Under the pieces are notes generated by a model. The model worked only from the letters and a program-made list of their open reading frames with translations, made no database searches and was not told where the DNA came from. This document shows positions 60,914 through 64,000 of a DNA stretch of 64,000 nt, piece by piece; position 1 is the first letter of the stretch, and the number at the start of each line of letters is the position of its first letter. The position numbers were made by a program, and so were the translations under genes. Source of the DNA: Octopus vulgaris (taxonomy: Eukaryota); assembly GCA_951406725.2 (NCBI GenBank), contig OX597820.1, positions 116,250,001 through 116,314,000 of the forward strand, in the 5' to 3' direction.

Positions 60914-61280
60914 GTATTTAAATTATCGATCCGAAACGTAGAGAAAATTGAAAAATATGAAATGGTTGAAAACAGAACATATACGGTTCCTTCTGTTACA
61001 AATAGAAATCACTGATAAACTTAAATATTTATAAATAATGTTTTGTTGTACTGCGTAGATTCAAGTGGAGGTAGCGACAAAGTAACTCGCTTGGAAAGGA
61101 CACCACTCTTGCGCCCATCGAACATATCTCAACAATAGATAGATGGACATCTGACCAGATTTCGGTAATCTATGGCAAAAGACGCAGTAGAAAACATATT
61201 GTTTATTTAGCTTCCAAAGGATTTTCCCTCTCTAATCAGATCTCGCCTATGCTTGATACGGGAAGGTTAAGGGGCCAGTT

Positions 61281-61321
<41 letters not shown>

Positions 61322-61324
61322 CTT

Positions 61325-61736
61325 ACTCTTTTACTCTTTTACTTGTTTCAGTCATTTGACTGCGGCCATGCTGGAGCACCGCCTTTAGTCGAGCAAATCG
61401 ACCCCGGGACTTATTCTTTTTGTAAGCCCAGTACTTATTCTATCGGTCTCTTTTGCCGAACCGCTATGTGACGGGGACGTAAACACACCGGCATCGGTTG
61501 TCAAGCAATGCTAGGGGGACAAACACAGACACACAAACACACACACATACATATACATATATATATACATATATACGACAGGCTTCTTTCAGTTTCCGTC
61601 TACCAAATCCACTCACAAGGCATTGGTCGGCTCGGGGCTATAGCAGAAGACACTTGCCCAAGATGCCACGCAGTGGGACTGAACCCGGAACCATGTGGTT
61701 GGTTAGCAAGCTACTTACCACACAGCCACTCCTGCG
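61325..61736 (-). mobile_element. SINE family A
   Basis: Matches family A. Confidence 0.88.
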
Positions 61737-61842
61737 TAAATTTCCAAATGCAAAAGGCGAGAACAATAGGACGAGAAGTTATAGGATGTTTTGGATTCGG
61801 TTTGGAATCCTCGCTCAGCCATCTGGAAGTTATTCGTTACAG

Positions 61843-62409
<567 letters not shown>

Positions 62410-62667
62410 CAGTCTCGACTAGACTACCGGTTGTTGTTATACGCTCTATCTTTCGAATGGTGCCACTCCACTGGTTCGGCGAGGAGGCCACCATCTCCCT
62501 AATCGGAAGCCTTGTCCATTGCATGGTTACCCCCTTACAACATAATGGACTGGAGCAATGTGAAATGAAGTGTCTTGCTCAAGCCCGCACATAATAATTA
62601 GGGCCTTCATATACGATAAGAGAAGGGGAACAACCAAAAGCTGAAGTTTTAAAAAAGTGGTTCAAAA

Positions 62668-62832
62668 GGCGCAGGAGTGGCTGTGTGGTAAGTAGCTTGC
62701 TTCCCAACCACATGGTTCCGGGTTCAGTCCCACTACGCGGCATCTTGGGCAAGTGTCTTCTGCTATAGCACCGGGCCGACCAATGCCTTGTGAGTGGATT
62801 TGGTAGACGGAAACTGAAAGAAGCCTGTCGTA

Positions 62833-62873
<41 letters not shown>

Positions 62874-63100
62874 GTGTGTGTGTTTGTGTGTCTGTGTTTG
62901 TCCCCCTAGCATTGCTTGACAGCCGATGCTGGTGTGTTTACGTCCCCGTAACTTAGCGGTTCGGCAAAAGAGACCGATAGAATAAGTACTGGGCTTACAA
63001 AGAATAAGTCCCGGGGTCGATTTGCTCGACTAAAGGCGGTGCTCCAGCATGGCCGCAGTCAAAAGACTGAAACAAGAAAAAAAGAAAAAAAAAGAGTAAA
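62668..63100 (+). mobile_element. SINE family A (tRNA-derived head, internal TA/TG microsatellite, ~420 bp), full-length copy
   Basis: ggcgcaggagtggctgtgtgg (A box)...ggttcagtccc (B box)...ccttgggcaagtgtc...ctccagcatggccgcagtc...gactgaaac tail; at least 12 near-complete copies in the window. Confidence 0.9.
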
Positions 63101-64000
63101 AATGTTCTTTTTATTTGAACGCACTTTTTCCGGGTCATAGTTTCCTCGCTAACTCAATGGAGAAGGGAACGGGCTGTTTCCGAGCAATGGTTCATGATCT
63201 GATGCGAAATGCGTGATGCATGTCGATCGCCGCCATGACGGGCGCTGATGCAGTCGACACACGACCGTTAGTCTTAGTTATTGCTGTATCGAGGAAAAAG
63301 ATTTCGATATAAATGGGTCTTTGTATACGTGTCCTACCCAATTCCCCCAAAATATCAAACAACAAAATTTAAAACATTTTCGGTGACATGACACAAGCAA
63401 CGACCTCTCGAACTAGGCGTCCGGCATACACCTGGTTCAGTCAGTTGTGTTTACTCAGCTGTTTATAGTATATTTTCTGGTTTTGTTTCACAAGCTGTAA
63501 TAAACAGTTCAAAAGTCACAAACTATAAACGGTATCGAGTGTTTGGTTAAACCGGACAATCTTCTTCTGTGGACTTGAATCGGACACAAAGTCTTCCTAA
63601 GTTAATAATGCTTGAGATTGGTTTTTTCTCAATTTACATCGTCGCCCAAACTTTAGCTTGGGTGACGATGTAAATTTTCTTGCTTGAAAAAGTTTGCGAG
63701 ACACAAACAGCAATAGATTAAATCTGTCCCTCTACCTTATTGGTTTCCTTAGATTTTAGTGTTTCTCTTTATCCTTATCAGACAGCTGCTTTATCTATAT
63801 CTTGCATTAAAGCAAAGTACACCCATATGTTGTGAAGCCACTTTGTAGCACAATACGCTCTGTGTTTCACGTTAAACTAAGAACATCGGAAAGAAAGGTA
63901 AGGAAGCGGTTGAAACGGAAGTAGGATTCTCTCTGAAGTTACGAGTTCGAATTCTATCAGTGTCAGTTCTTGCCTTTTATTAATAAGTCTACCTTACAAG

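Overview
Repeat-rich animal genomic DNA. The SINE/RTE repeat repertoire and microsatellites suggest an octopus (cephalopod), which is inference. Two convergent spliced genes can be reconstructed by eye with consistent GT-AG splice phases. (1) A + strand SDR9C-family short-chain dehydrogenase (BDH1/RDH/HSD17B-like): 5 coding exons, 9160-22819, first exon not found. (2) A - strand, apparently complete 6-exon, 382-aa SLC30A1/SLC30A10 (ZnT1/ZnT10)-like cation diffusion facilitator, 56167-34823. Its transmembrane metal site is doubly substituted (TM2 R-x3-D instead of H-x3-D; TM5 H-x3-N instead of H-x3-D) and it lacks the His-rich loop. The remainder is mostly transposon-derived: three tRNA-derived SINE families, RTE and CR1-like LINE fragments, Merlin-, piggyBac- and mariner-type MITEs, non-autonomous Helitrons, and mini/microsatellites. 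Other notable items are a fold-back element carrying minimal hammerhead-ribozyme motifs, a tRNA-Lys(UUU) 5'-half fused to an RTE 3' tail, and a sharp CpG-content boundary near 34.1 kb. Almost all ORFs in the supplied track are spurious repeat translations. All analysis was done by eye; no database searches were run.
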